64,000 nt of DNA from Azolla caroliniana (taxonomy: Eukaryota; Plantae; Polypodiophyta), in contig JBHGNT010000007.1 in the NCBI GenBank assembly GCA_043228905.1, forward strand, positions 186,001 to 250,000, in the 5' to 3' direction. Under the pieces are notes generated by a model that saw nothing but the letters and a program-made list of their open reading frames with translations, ran no database searches and had not been told where the DNA came from. Shown one piece after another: positions 51,101 through 62,610 of the stretch. Position 1 is the first letter of the stretch. Each line of letters begins with the position of its first letter. Position numbers and translations under genes: made by a program.

Positions 51101-54100
51101 GAGCGACTTCGAGCGTGCGGAGTTCTCGACCCGGACGAGGAAATCACCGGAGCCGTGGAGGCGGTCTCCTTCGACGACACCTTGGGGATGCTGAGGAAGG
51201 TAGCCGGAGAAGACCTTAATGAAGACCGGACGATACCGGTATGTTCCGAAGAAATGTACGAAGTCATCGCGAACTTCAGCCAGGGGCTCCGGTCGGATCG
51301 GACGGCCCGAGTTAGCACAAAGTACAAGACTGTGGACCGGAAGGTAAGGCCAGTCGCGGCACCCTTACCGGAGGGCAGCGAGTCCCGAATCAGAGGGGTT
51401 GCGTCGGACCCCAGTTTACGAGATCCGGCCTGCATAGGACACACCTTCACCGACGGGATGCTCCGGGAGCTCAAGATCGGTGGGGGCGGGTTCCTACTGC
51501 CAGCGGAGGAAGACCGGTTTCGGAGAATGCTCAGAAGGCACGGGAAAGCCTTCGCATTCTCGCCGGAGGAGATCGGGTGCGTAGACCCGACAATCGTGGA
51601 GCCGATGGTGATATTCACGGTACCGCATGTGCCGTGGAATCTCAAGCCAATTCCGGTACCAAGAGCTCACATCCCGGAGTTGATGGAGCTACTGAGGCAG
51701 AAAGTCGATATGGGTATTCTCGAACCGTCGAGCGCGCCATACTCGAACCGATGGTTTACCGTACCAAAGAAAAACGGAACATTGCGCTTCATTCAGGACC
51801 TGCAGCCGGTCAACAGAGTGACCATTTGGACCGACCATAGACGAGTTTGCGGAGGCCTTCGCCGGAAGGTCGATTTACTCGGTCGGTGATCTGTACTCGG
51901 GGTACGACCAGTTCCAGCTAGCCGTGGAGAGCAGAGACATTACGACGATGTGAACTCCCCTCGGCCTAGTGCGAATGTGTACCCTGCCACAAGGAGGGAC
52001 CAACTCGGTGGCCCACATGGTGAATGCAATGAACAAGGTACTGAGGGATTGCATCCCGGACATCACCATGCCATTTCTGGACGACATCCCGATAAAGGGG
52101 TGCCCGGTGGAAGAGAAGGACGAGACAGTCGGGCCGGACGGATGCCGGCGATTCGTGGCAGCACACATCGACGACTGCGAGAAGGTGCTACAAAGGCTAG
52201 AGGATGCGAGGCTCACCTTCTTCGGGGAGAAATCGGCCTTCAGGCAATCAGAAATCCTGGTGGTCGGACACCTGTGTGGACCGTATGGCCAGAAGCCGTC
52301 TCCGGCAAAAGTAGAAGCCATCTCCGCGATGAAGACCGACTATAGCTCGGTTACGGAAGTTCGGAGGTTCCTGGGGGCATGCGCGTTCTACCACATATGG
52401 ATCCCGCATTACGCCCACGTTGCGGAGCCGCTATACGGGTTGCTGAAGAAAGGGCGAAAATTCGAGTGGCGAGACGAGCACACGGAGTCGGTCCGAAAGC
52501 TGAAGGAAGCTCTTGCGGCAGCACCGGCGCTCCGGAAGGCTGTCTACGGGAAGGGTACCCCGGTATACATAACGGTGGATACGAGCCCGACCGGGATCGG
52601 ATGGGTCATCAACCAAGAAGACGAGGAAGGCACCCGATTCCCGATCCGATTCGGCGCAAAGGTCCTCAGTGAGCGACAGCGAGGGTACGCCCAGGTTAAA
52701 CGCGAACACTGGGGTATCGTTTCGGCAGTAAAGGCCGACAAAGACTACCTGATCGGGACAGAAGTGATTATCGAGACGGATTGCCTGCCAATTCTCGGCA
52801 TGGTTTCTAGATGCGCGACACCGGACCTGGCGATGCTCAAGTGGATAGCGTACATCAAGTCCCTGGATCCGGAAATACGGCACATTTCCGGAAAGGACAA
52901 CGCCATGGCTGACATGCTTTCGAGGGCGAGGTTTGATGACGAGGGCGGCATGGTTTCGGAGGACGAAGAAGTCGGCGTGGACTTCTTCGAGGCGGCGTAC
53001 GTGACGACCGATGGGACGAGCACTCCGGCACTTAACGACTTCGACAAGAGCAAGTACGACGGCGAGTGGCTCCAGATCGGTGAATTTTTTAGGACAATGA
53101 CGTCGGATGCGTCATGGACGAAGGACGAGGCCAACCAGATCCGGAAGAAAGCTTACCGATTCTTTCTCCGGGACGGATACTTATGGAAGCACCCGAAGAA
53201 GAGGAACGGCGTCCCGCTCTAGGTGGTGGCGATGAAGGAAGAACAGGAGGAGCTGCTGACGGCCTACCACGACAGCCCTTGGGCTGGACACCGTGGAACG
53301 TGGGCCACGTTCGAGAAGATAAAGGGGAAGTACTGGTGGCCGGGACTGTACCGGGATGTGCATCGGTTCGTGACAACTTGCGAGAGCTTTCAGATGCACT
53401 CCATAGTCCGACATCGGGACGACCTTCACCCTACGTACCCTCCGACCATCCACTTCAAATGGATGGTAGACCTGGTGACGATGCCGATGGGAGTAGGACA
53501 GATGCGGTATTTGGTCCTGGCTCGGGAAGATCTGACGAACCAGGTGGAAGGCCGGGCCCTTCAGAACAAAACGACTGCAGCCGTATGTCGGTTCCTGATC
53601 GAGGACGTGATATGCCGGTACGGGTGCGTCGGGAAGATTGTGGCTGATCGCGGGGAGTTGGACGCCGAAGAGGCCGAGGAGCTGTTCGACCGGCTAGGAG
53701 TCAAGCTCTCACTCACCACTGCATACAATCCGGAGGCGAATGGGAAGGTGGAGCGCGGACACGGACCGATCGTCAAGGCGTTAGTTCGGGCATGCGGAGG
53801 TCAAGTCGGGAACTGGCCGCGGTTGTTGCCTTACGCATTGTGGGCGGACCGAACTACGCACAGTTCGGTAACCGGATTCATGCCGGCAGAGCTCATGTTC
53901 GGGCAGAAGCCGATCATGCCGATGGAACGTACAATCTCCTCATGGGCAACCGTGGACTGGAGAGACGAGATGAGCCGGGAGGAACTGTTGGCGGCGCGCA
54001 TACGACAGCTCGAGCGAAGACCGGAGGACGTGGAGCAGGCTGCGGGAAAGCTTCGGGAAGCAAGGATGAGGAACAAAGCCCGGTTCGACCGAACGCACCG

Positions 54101-55112
54101 GCTCCGACCGAAGAAGATCGAGGAAGGCGACTGGGTGCTAGTCTACGACAGCAGCCTCGACAACCAGCACCGCGCGACACGGAAGTTCGCAAGAAGGTTG
54201 TTCGGGCCTTACGTGGTACAAAGCGCCAACGACAACGGGACGTACCATCTGGCGGAACTCGACGGCACGAGAATGGCGATACCGGTAGCTGGGAAGCGGA
54301 TCAAAGCGTTCAAGAAGCGTCACGACGATGAGCCGGATCCGGTTAACCTGGACCGGAACGATGAACGATCCGAAACCGAGGAAGAACCGACGGGCGGGGA
54401 ATGAAGGCTGGACCGGTTTTCTCCGTCCCAACTCAATTTGGCGCATGCCAGTGGATGCGCGGTTAGGTGGGGGCAGATGTCGTGAAGAAAACCGTCCACA
54501 AGCGGAATCGGTGCGCCGGAGCGTAGGAACCGGCTCTTCATGCACGTACGCCTTGTGTTGTACATAGGAGAGAATTAGGGACATGGGAGATCCTAGTTAG
54601 GTAGATTCGGTAGGTAGGAAGTTAATAGGAAACGGCTCCCTTCTTGCCTATAAAAGGAGGGAGACGAGGAGGAGGAAGGTATCGCGGAATCAGAGAGGAC
54701 GAAGTGATGTCGGGCTATCGGTCGAAGGCTTCTCTCTCTTCCATACTCCATAGCTCCTTTCTGTGCAGGTTTCGGGAGGCTCGCGCTGCTCTGAGGAATG
54801 CCCGAGTGCTTCCGACAGCACCTCCAACCTACACCTTTCTTTCTGTGCGTTTACGAACAGGCATCGGCATCTATTCGCCGGCCTGTTTGGTTGTAACCGA
54901 CTTCGTGTTTTTGTTGTTTTGTCTTTGTTAATACATACATACATTCGTGTCTTCTGTGTCGCTGTCCCACTCGCGTCTTTGTGTCGAAGGGCCGTGTCCC
55001 TGTGGATCTACGCTCGAACGTAGTGGGTCTCTTCTCTTTTCTCTCTTGCTCTTCGGTACAGGACCCCCGAGGTCCCGCCTCATTCCACGCATCCGCAAGG
55101 AATACCTCGACA
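48120..55112 (+). mobile_element. Element D: full-length, lightly decayed Trp-primed Gypsy
   Basis: 635-bp LTRs 48120-48754 and 54478-55112, perfect TSD ACGG, open gag-PR 48798-~50921. Pol is broken by a small deletion near 51826 and by stops near 51951 and 53220. Confidence 0.95.
50915..50980 (+). promoter_or_regulatory. -1 programmed ribosomal frameshift signal (G GAU UUU, 6-nt spacer, H-type pseudoknot); homologues at 41655-41590 (-) and 45415-45479 (+)
   Basis: The heptamer is in the correct phase and pol is in the -1 frame. Stem 1 shows compensatory changes and stem 2 GUGGGG/CCCCAC is invariant in all three copies. Confidence 0.85.
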
Positions 55113-55204
55113 ACGGTACGTCGGTACCACGGGAGAGGGTGCGGAGTAAACCGCCCTCTCGGCATGCGGAAAAGGACGACCCGGGACAGGGTCGGGAATA
55201 CAAA

Positions 55205-55440
55205 CGGGTCGGCGGCCTACGGAGGATCCTTCACACCGGTTCTAGAGACTTCGGCAGTCGGCAACGCGGTCGACATAAGACCAAGATACTGATGGTGGCG
55301 GCGAGGTGACGAAGGCAAGGGCTACGGGTCGGCGGCCTACGAAGGATCCTTCACACCAGTTCTAGAGACTTCGGCAGTCGGCAACGCGGTCGACATAAGA
55401 CCAAGATACTGACGGTGGCGGCGAGGTGACGAAGGCTATG
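55205..55440 (+). repeat. ~121-bp tandem duplication within the element C interior
   Basis: cgggtcggcggcctacg..gatccttcacacc...ggcggcgaggtgacgaaggc occurs twice, and further diverged repeats follow to ~56300. Confidence 0.8.
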
Positions 55441-58400
55441 GGCGTAAGGAAGTCCGGTCCTATGGGATCCCCACACTTAACCGGAGACCGGTTGTTCGGC
55501 CAACGGGGCAACGTAAGACCGAGGGAGAAGGAAGGTGGCGGCGGGAAACGGGACCCGACTACGCGGAAGACACGAGGAGAGTCCGGGAGGGACTCAAACA
55601 AAAGACACCCGAGTTTCGGCAAGCAAAGAAACGAAGTCCGGTCCTATGGGACCCTCACACCGATCCGGAGACTCCGGCTGTTCGGCCAACGTGGCAACGT
55701 AAGACCGAGGGAGAAAGACGGTGGCGGCAGGGAACAGGACCCGACGACACAAGGGAGGTGCCGGGAACGAGGTGACCAAGTGCCTAGTGGACTGCACAAG
55801 GTCGGAGTCAAGGAATGGCAAGAGAGGCCGGAGGAGGATCCTCCACACTCGCTTCGTAGATCTCGGTGGCTCCGTTGAAGTAGCGAAGACTGACACGGCA
55901 AGCCCGGGGTGACAAGCTGGTGGGGGCGAGGGGACGACGGCAAGCGGAAGACTCAGGACTTATCGTGGCAGCACGAAGACGGGAAGGGCCAAGCGGGCTA
56001 CTACGGGGTGTTCCTCGGATACAAAGGACACCGGTATGAGGGTAAACGACGATGCACGATCTGGCCAAAAAGGGGGCCGACGAGGCGTGCAATAAACGGA
56101 GTGCGACATGAGCGGTGCCAAACAACGGGCGAGGGAACATGGCACACGGAGGTGCCGAAGCGGAAAGGCGAGCGCGGAGATAGGTTGCGCGGTTCAGAGG
56201 TAGCGCGGGAAAGGACCCTCCACACCATTCCGGAGACCATGGCGGTTCGAGCCGACGTGGCGACGTAAGACCATGGAGAAGGAAGGTGGCGGCGAGAGGA
56301 CGAGGGCAACACGAAACGACATGGGACGGCAATCAGGACGACGCGAATGATCAACGGAGGCCAAGCGGGCCACTACAGGCATGCCTCGAGCGGAGGACAT
56401 CACGCCTACGGCGGGAAGCGGGGCATTCATACGGCCAAACGAGGGCCAACGGAAGTACGAGTACTACGAAGATCGCGGCAGAGGAACCATCAGCGGGTCA
56501 AACGAGCCTACGGGGAGGCGTGCGCGAAGGAAGACTCGGAGCCAACGGATCAAACCGGCAGCGAGCCGAGATGCGGATCACGGGAGACCGGTTTCTCGCC
56601 GGCCGAAATCTCTCACCCTTCAACCAGATTTGGCACGTACCGGTGGACGTGCAGTTAGGTGGGGGCGGATGTCGTGAAGAATTTCGGCAAGAGGCGGAAA
56701 CCGAGAAACATTGGCTACATCAGCGGGGTGCAGCGTGTGTACACACCCATGTACATTTTGTGTGAATATCGAGGGCGCCTTTATGGCGCCGAAGAGTAGT
56801 TAAGTCGGGACAGACAATCCCATGTAAGTCGGGATTGTCCCACATTGTAACGCATCCCTTTCCTTGTTCTATAAAAGGAAGGGAACGCCCTTTGTGAAAG
56901 GGTTGCCTATTTTGTGTGAGTAAGGTATACCACTTAGTCGAGGGTTCTCCTTCTTCCCATTTCGTTTTAGGGTTAGGGTTTCGGTTAGGGTTTTCTTCTT
57001 GGGTTTTCCTTTAGGGTTTTCATATAGTCGTTTGGTGCGGCCATGGCGGCCACCATTGTTGTAATCATTCATTTCTTAATAGAACTTCTTGTTGAGTATC
57101 TTGATTGCATCTTCTTCTTCTTCTATCATAATGTCATATTCGTTCTTTTCTCCTCTTGAGCTAATCTTTCTCCTCCACTCCCTAGTCCAAGACCCTCGTG
57201 GTCCCGCCCTTCTACACGCACGCGCGTAACAACGCGATAGCGGACTTCGGAGAAAGGATCGGGTCGGATCAGAAGGCCCGCATGGATACAAAGTACAAGA
57301 CTGTGGACCGGAAGGTGAGGCCAGTTGCGGCACCCTTGCCAAAGGGCAACGAGGAGCGGATAAAAGGGGTCGTGTCGGACCCAAGTTTACGGAATCCGGC
57401 TGGCATAGGGCACCGGTTCACCGGCATAACGCTACGGGAGCTCAAGGTCGGTGGGGGTGGCTTTCTACTGCCGGTGGAGGAGAACAGGTTTCGGAGAATG
57501 CTCAGAAGGCATGGGAAAGCCTTCGCGTTCTCGCCGGAGGAGATCGGGTGCGTGGACCCGACGATCGTCGAACCGATGGTGATCTTCACGGTACCGCATG
57601 TACCGTGGAATCTCAAACCGATTCTGGTGCCGAGAGCTCACATCCCGAAGTTGATGGAGCTTCTGAAGTAAAAGGTGGAGATGGGCATCCTCGAACCGTC
57701 GAGTGCCCCGTATTCGAATCGGTGGTTTACGGTGTCGAAGAAGAATGGCACGCTGCGCTTCATTCAGGACCTGCAATCGGTTAACAGGGTGACCATCCGT
57801 AATGCAGGAATCGGACCGACCATAGACGAGTTCGCGGAGGCCTTCGCTGGGAGGTCGATCTATTCGGTCGGTAACTTATACTCGGGGTACGACCAGTTCC
57901 AGCTAGCCGTGGAGAGCAGGGATATCACGACGATGCGAACCCCTCTCGGCCTAGTATGGATGTGTACCCTACCACAAGGAGGGACGAATTCGGTGGCACA
58001 TATGGTGAACGCAATGAACAAGGTGTTGAGGGACTGCATCCCGAACATCACCATGCCATTCTTGGAGGACATCCCGATAAAGGGGTGTCCGGTGGAAGAT
58101 GCGGACGAGGCTATCGGGCCGGACGGATGCCGAAGGTTCGTCGTGAACCACATCAACGACTGCGAGAAGGTGCTGCAGAGGCTCGAAAACGCACGACTCA
58201 CCTTCTCCGGAGAAAAATCGACGTTCGGACAGTCGGAGATCTTGGTGGTCGAACACCTGTGCGGGCCCTACGGTAGGAAACCGTCTCCGGCAAAGGTAGA
58301 GGCCATCTCCGCGATGAGGGACGATTGCGGGTCGGTCACGGAGGTCCGCAGATTCTTGGGAGCATGCGTGTTCTACCACATCTGGATTCCGCACTACGCG

Positions 58401-61016
58401 CATGTTGCGGAGCCTCTCTACGGGCTATTGAAGAAAGGGTGTGAGTTCGAGTGGAGGACGGAGCACACGGAATCGGTCCGGAGACTAAAGGAGGCGCTTA
58501 CGGTAACGTCGGCCCTCCGTAAAGCGCTTTACGGCAAGGGTGTCCCCATTTGCGTGATGGTGGACACGAACCCGACCGAGATCGGGTGGGTAATCAGTCA
58601 GGGGGACAAGGACGGCGTGCGATTCCCGATCCGGTTCGGGGCGAAGGTATTGAGCGAGCGGCAGCGAGGAAACGCCCAAGTTAAGCGCGAGCTTTGGGGT
58701 ATCGTCTCGGCAGTCAAGGCCGACAAGGACTATCTGATCAGGACGGAGGTGATCATCGAGACGGACTTCCTGCCGATACTCGGCATGGTTTCCGGATGCG
58801 CGACGCCGGACCTAGCAATGCTCCGGTGGATAGCATACGTTAAGTCCCTGAACCCAGAGATACGGCACATCTCCGGAAACGATAACGTCATGGCCGACAT
58901 GCTTTTGAGAGCGAGGTTCAACGACGAAGGCGGCATGGTTTCAGATGACAAAGAGGTCGGCGAGGACTTCTTTGGGTCGGCTAACATGACGACAAGGAAA
59001 GGGGACACTCCGGCGCTCAACGAATTTGACGAAAGCAGGTACGACAGGGAGCGGCTCCAAATCGGGAGGTTCCTACGGACGATGACGCCGAACACAGCAT
59101 GGACGAGAGAAGAGGTGAGCCGGGTACGGAAGAAGGTGTACCGATTCTTCCTGCGGGACGAGTGCATATGGAGGCACCCAAAGAAGAGAAACGGCATCCC
59201 GCTCCGAGTGGTGGCAAAGAAAGAAGAACAGGAGGAACTATTGGCAGCATTTCACGAGAGTCCCTAGGCTGGACACCGCGGAACGTGGGCCACGTTCGAG
59301 AAGCTGAAGGAGAAGTACTGGTGGTCGGGGTTGTACCAGGACGTGCATCGGTTCGTAACGACTTGTGAAAGCTGTCAGATGCACTTCGTAGTCCGACATC
59401 AAGACGAGCTACACCCGACTTACCCGCCTGAGGTCCATTTCAAGTGGATGGTGGACTTGGTGATGATGCCGATGGGAGTAGGACAGATGCGATACCTGGT
59501 GCTTGCGCGGGAAGACTTAACGAACCAGGTGGAAGGTCGTGCACTGCAGAACAAGACAACCGCGGCGGTATGCCGGTTCCTGATCAAAGAGGTAGTGTGT
59601 TGGTACGGGTGCGTCGGGAGGATCGTGGCGGACCGGGGAAAACTAGATGCGCGAGAAGCTGAGGAGTTGTTCGACCGGCTAGGCGTCAAACTCTCCCTCA
59701 CTACGGCGTACAATCTGGAGGCGAACGGGAAGGTAGAACGTGGGCACGGGCTAATCGTAAAGGCGTTGGTGCGTGCATGCGGAGGGCAGGTCGGGAATTG
59801 GTTGCGGCTCCTTCCTTACGCACTATCGGCAAACCGAACTACGCACAGTTCGGTGACAGGGTTTATGCCGGCAGAGTTGATGTACGGACAGAAGCCGATC
59901 ATGCCGGTGGAACGGACAGTTTCTTCATGGGCGGCGGTAGATTGGAAGGATGACATGAGCCGGGAGGAGTTGCTGGTGGTGCGGATTCGGCAACTCGAGC
60001 GGAGGCCGAAGGACATAAAAAGGGCGAAGGAAAAGCTGCGGGCGGCAAGGGAGCGGAACAAGACCCGGTTCAACCGGACACACCAGTTGCGACCGAAGAA
60101 GATCGAGGAAGGTGACTGGGTCTTGGTGTACGACAGCAGCCTTGATAATCAGCACAAGGCGGTGCGAAAGTTTGCTAGGAGGTGGTTCGGGCCCTACACG
60201 GTGACGAGCGCAAACGACAACGGCACGTACCACCTCGCAAAACTCGACGAAACACGGCTAGCAGTGCCGGTTGCCGGGAAGCAGGTCAAAGCGTTCAAGA
60301 AGCGGTTCGAAGACGAGTCGGAGCCTGCGAGCGGGAGCGACAACGACAATCGGTTCGGGCCCAGCGGGGAATCGGAGAGCGACGAGTGAAGCCGGTTTTC
60401 TTCGGTATCTACCCGTCTCTAGCGCATGCCGGAGGATGCACGGTTTGGTGGGGGTGGATGTCGCGAAGAAAACCAGCCATAGGCGGAATCGGACAAAAAG
60501 GCGCATGAACCGGCTCTTACACGGATGGACGCATGAATTGATATTTTGATATTGATTCATAAATGGATCGGCTGATCTAAATGCTAAGTAGTACACATTC
60601 ATTAGGGGATTGTGCGTATCTCTGTCAAAAGGGATAGGGAATAAAGTGATTTCACTAGGGGAAAAGGGCACCCCCTTTTGGGGAACTATTAAAGGAGAGG
60701 AGAGAAGGAGGAGAGAGATCGCGCGTTGGCGAGGACGAAGTGTTGCTGCAGAACCGAGCGCCGAGCTCTCTCTCCTCGAATCGTCGTTCTCTATGAGTGT
60801 CGGGAGTTCACGGCCTCTGCTTCGTGGATAGCTCGTGTGCTTCCAGCAGAGTCTCTCCCCTTCCCCTTTCCCCTTTTGTTTTCTTCGAGTCGTGTGGATG
60901 TCGTCGGTGTGCGTGAGTAGGACCCCGTGTCGGGTCCGTTACTGGGCTGTCGATTGTAAGCTATTGACTATAGTAATCGGATTCCTATTTTCCTTGCTCT
61001 TAATCTCTCTGTGTAC

Positions 61017-61069
<53 letters not shown>

Positions 61070-61642
61070 TTGTCTCTCCTTTGTCTGAGACCCCCGTGGT
61101 CCCGCCTCTTTCTACACGCACGCGCGTAACAACACAACACCCTTCGGTCCGCATCCCGAGCCAGTTTCGTCACCGACCGGCCGCCACCTCGCCAGTTGCC
61201 GTCGGTCCGGTTTTGGTTGGCCAAAACCTTTGCAAGTAACTAGGCCACACCCATTCATTTGATTAAGTTAGTTCAAGTCACCTTGAACTCTCTATGCTCT
61301 ACATATAGACACAAAATAATAGCTTTTGGCTTTGCTTTATATATTGTAGGATCCTTGTTTGTCCTATCTATGCGGGACATCTCACAGGTTTGTTTTTCTT
61401 TTCTTTTCTTTTCTTTTTTCTCGCAACTTCATCCCCACATAACTTCACACTTAGTTGACCATTTGTTATGTAGCAAAGTGCATTCAAAAGCTCTTCAAGA
61501 CCTCCATCTTTTTGTACCAAGATATTAAACTTATTTAAAATAGTATCTTCACTATTATTGTTTTATATTTCGTGAGAAGAACCACACTCGATTTCGTATG
61601 TTCCTCACCATTTTCACACCGTTGCCGAAAATCTTCACGACA

Positions 61643-62130
61643 CTACGAGATGGTGAGACTATTGATGTAAGACGATTTTCATGGTAATCTCCGAGATGGT
61701 TGATGCAGACAATGAATCATATTTTTAGTTTACATAGGGATGAGTGATGATGTTGGCAGGTGTTGAAGCATCTTTTCATGAGGAGAGGTAGAGAGTACAC
61801 TCATGTTGTTTTTGTAGGTACAAGATTTTGGTGATAATCGACGACAATGAGATGGTTGATGTGGACTTGAGGAAGCTAATTTCTTGTTTTTTTATCAGGA
61901 TGAGTGATGATGGTGTGGGGTTTGAAGCATATTATCATGAGGGTGAGGAAAAGGTTTTTTAGACTCATTCGTTGTTGTCAATACAGGATTTTGGTCGTAA
62001 TTGGTGAGTTGGCGAGACTATTGATGTACAAGATTTTGGTAATAATCGGCGACATCGAGATGGCTGATGTGGACTTGAGGAAGCTGATTTCCTGTTTTTT
62101 TTATCAGGATGAGTGATGATGGTGTGGGAG
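61643..62130. repeat. ~360-bp tandem repeat array, right part (continuation after the 32-kb nest)
   Basis: Resumes in register at cgagatggtgagactattgatgtaagacgatttt, with a unit start at 61671. Confidence 0.88.
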
Positions 62131-62149
62131 TTGGTTATCTAAACCATAT

Positions 62150-62610
62150 TTTTGCGGAATGAGAGTGATTGCATTTCATTCATTGGGACTTCCAAATGTT
62201 TGCAAAAAGATAGAAAAAACGGTATTGACAGCTTCAATTGGAAAAATGTTGCACAATATGCATATGGCTTGGCTGCCTTAGGTCATCAGTTATTCTCCTT
62301 GGGCCTGTCAGATATTCCCAAGGATTGATTAACACAACAATATAACAAATGCTCTTATGGATATGTATCAAGATATGGGAGATGCATTAGCATCACAATA
62401 TGGTGGATCTACTGCTCATAATGTTGTTTTTCTTGAGAGATATGGAAGGGAAACTCTCACTTTGGGAGCTAGAATTTAATTATTCCTTACATGTTGGGAG
62501 TAATGGTGATGATTCACATGCATATGGTGCTTGGTATAAGAAGTATATTTTGTTTTTGGAAAAATAAATAAATAAAATTGTAAGCTTATGGGCAGACAAG
62601 CTCAGGTTGT
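62150..62610 (+). pseudogene. Possible decayed PPR-gene fragment
   Basis: acaaatgctcttatggatatgtat (~62345) encodes TNALMDMY, typical of PLS-class PPR motifs. The surrounding sequence is frameshifted. Confidence 0.3.

Larger units (their letters stand above)
45763..57239 (+). mobile_element. Element C: non-autonomous Gag-only LTR element (TR-GAG-like), interrupted by D
   Basis: 570-bp LTRs 45763-46332 and 56670-57239, perfect TSD GCGG, Trp PBS and family PPT. The ~3.3-kb interior has a divergent gag from 46370 and a repetitive tail, with no PR, RT or INT. Confidence 0.85.
29883..61139 (+). mobile_element. Element B: full-length decayed Trp-primed Gypsy hosting elements E/H and C/D
   Basis: LTRs 29883-30584 and 60459-61139, PBS tggtgaacccgacgtga 30589-30605, gag-PR 30630-31823 plus 44612-45762, pol 57244-60389 with stops, flanks CCGT/CCCT. 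Confidence 0.9.
29274..61642 (-). mobile_element. Element G: ~1.1-kb solo LTR (29274-29882 plus 61144-61642), split by element B
   Basis: Perfect 12-bp terminal inverted repeat tgtcgtgaagat/atcttcacgaca and a minus-strand TATA near 29555. The start resembles the element C LTR. The TSD is not clean. Confidence 0.7.
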
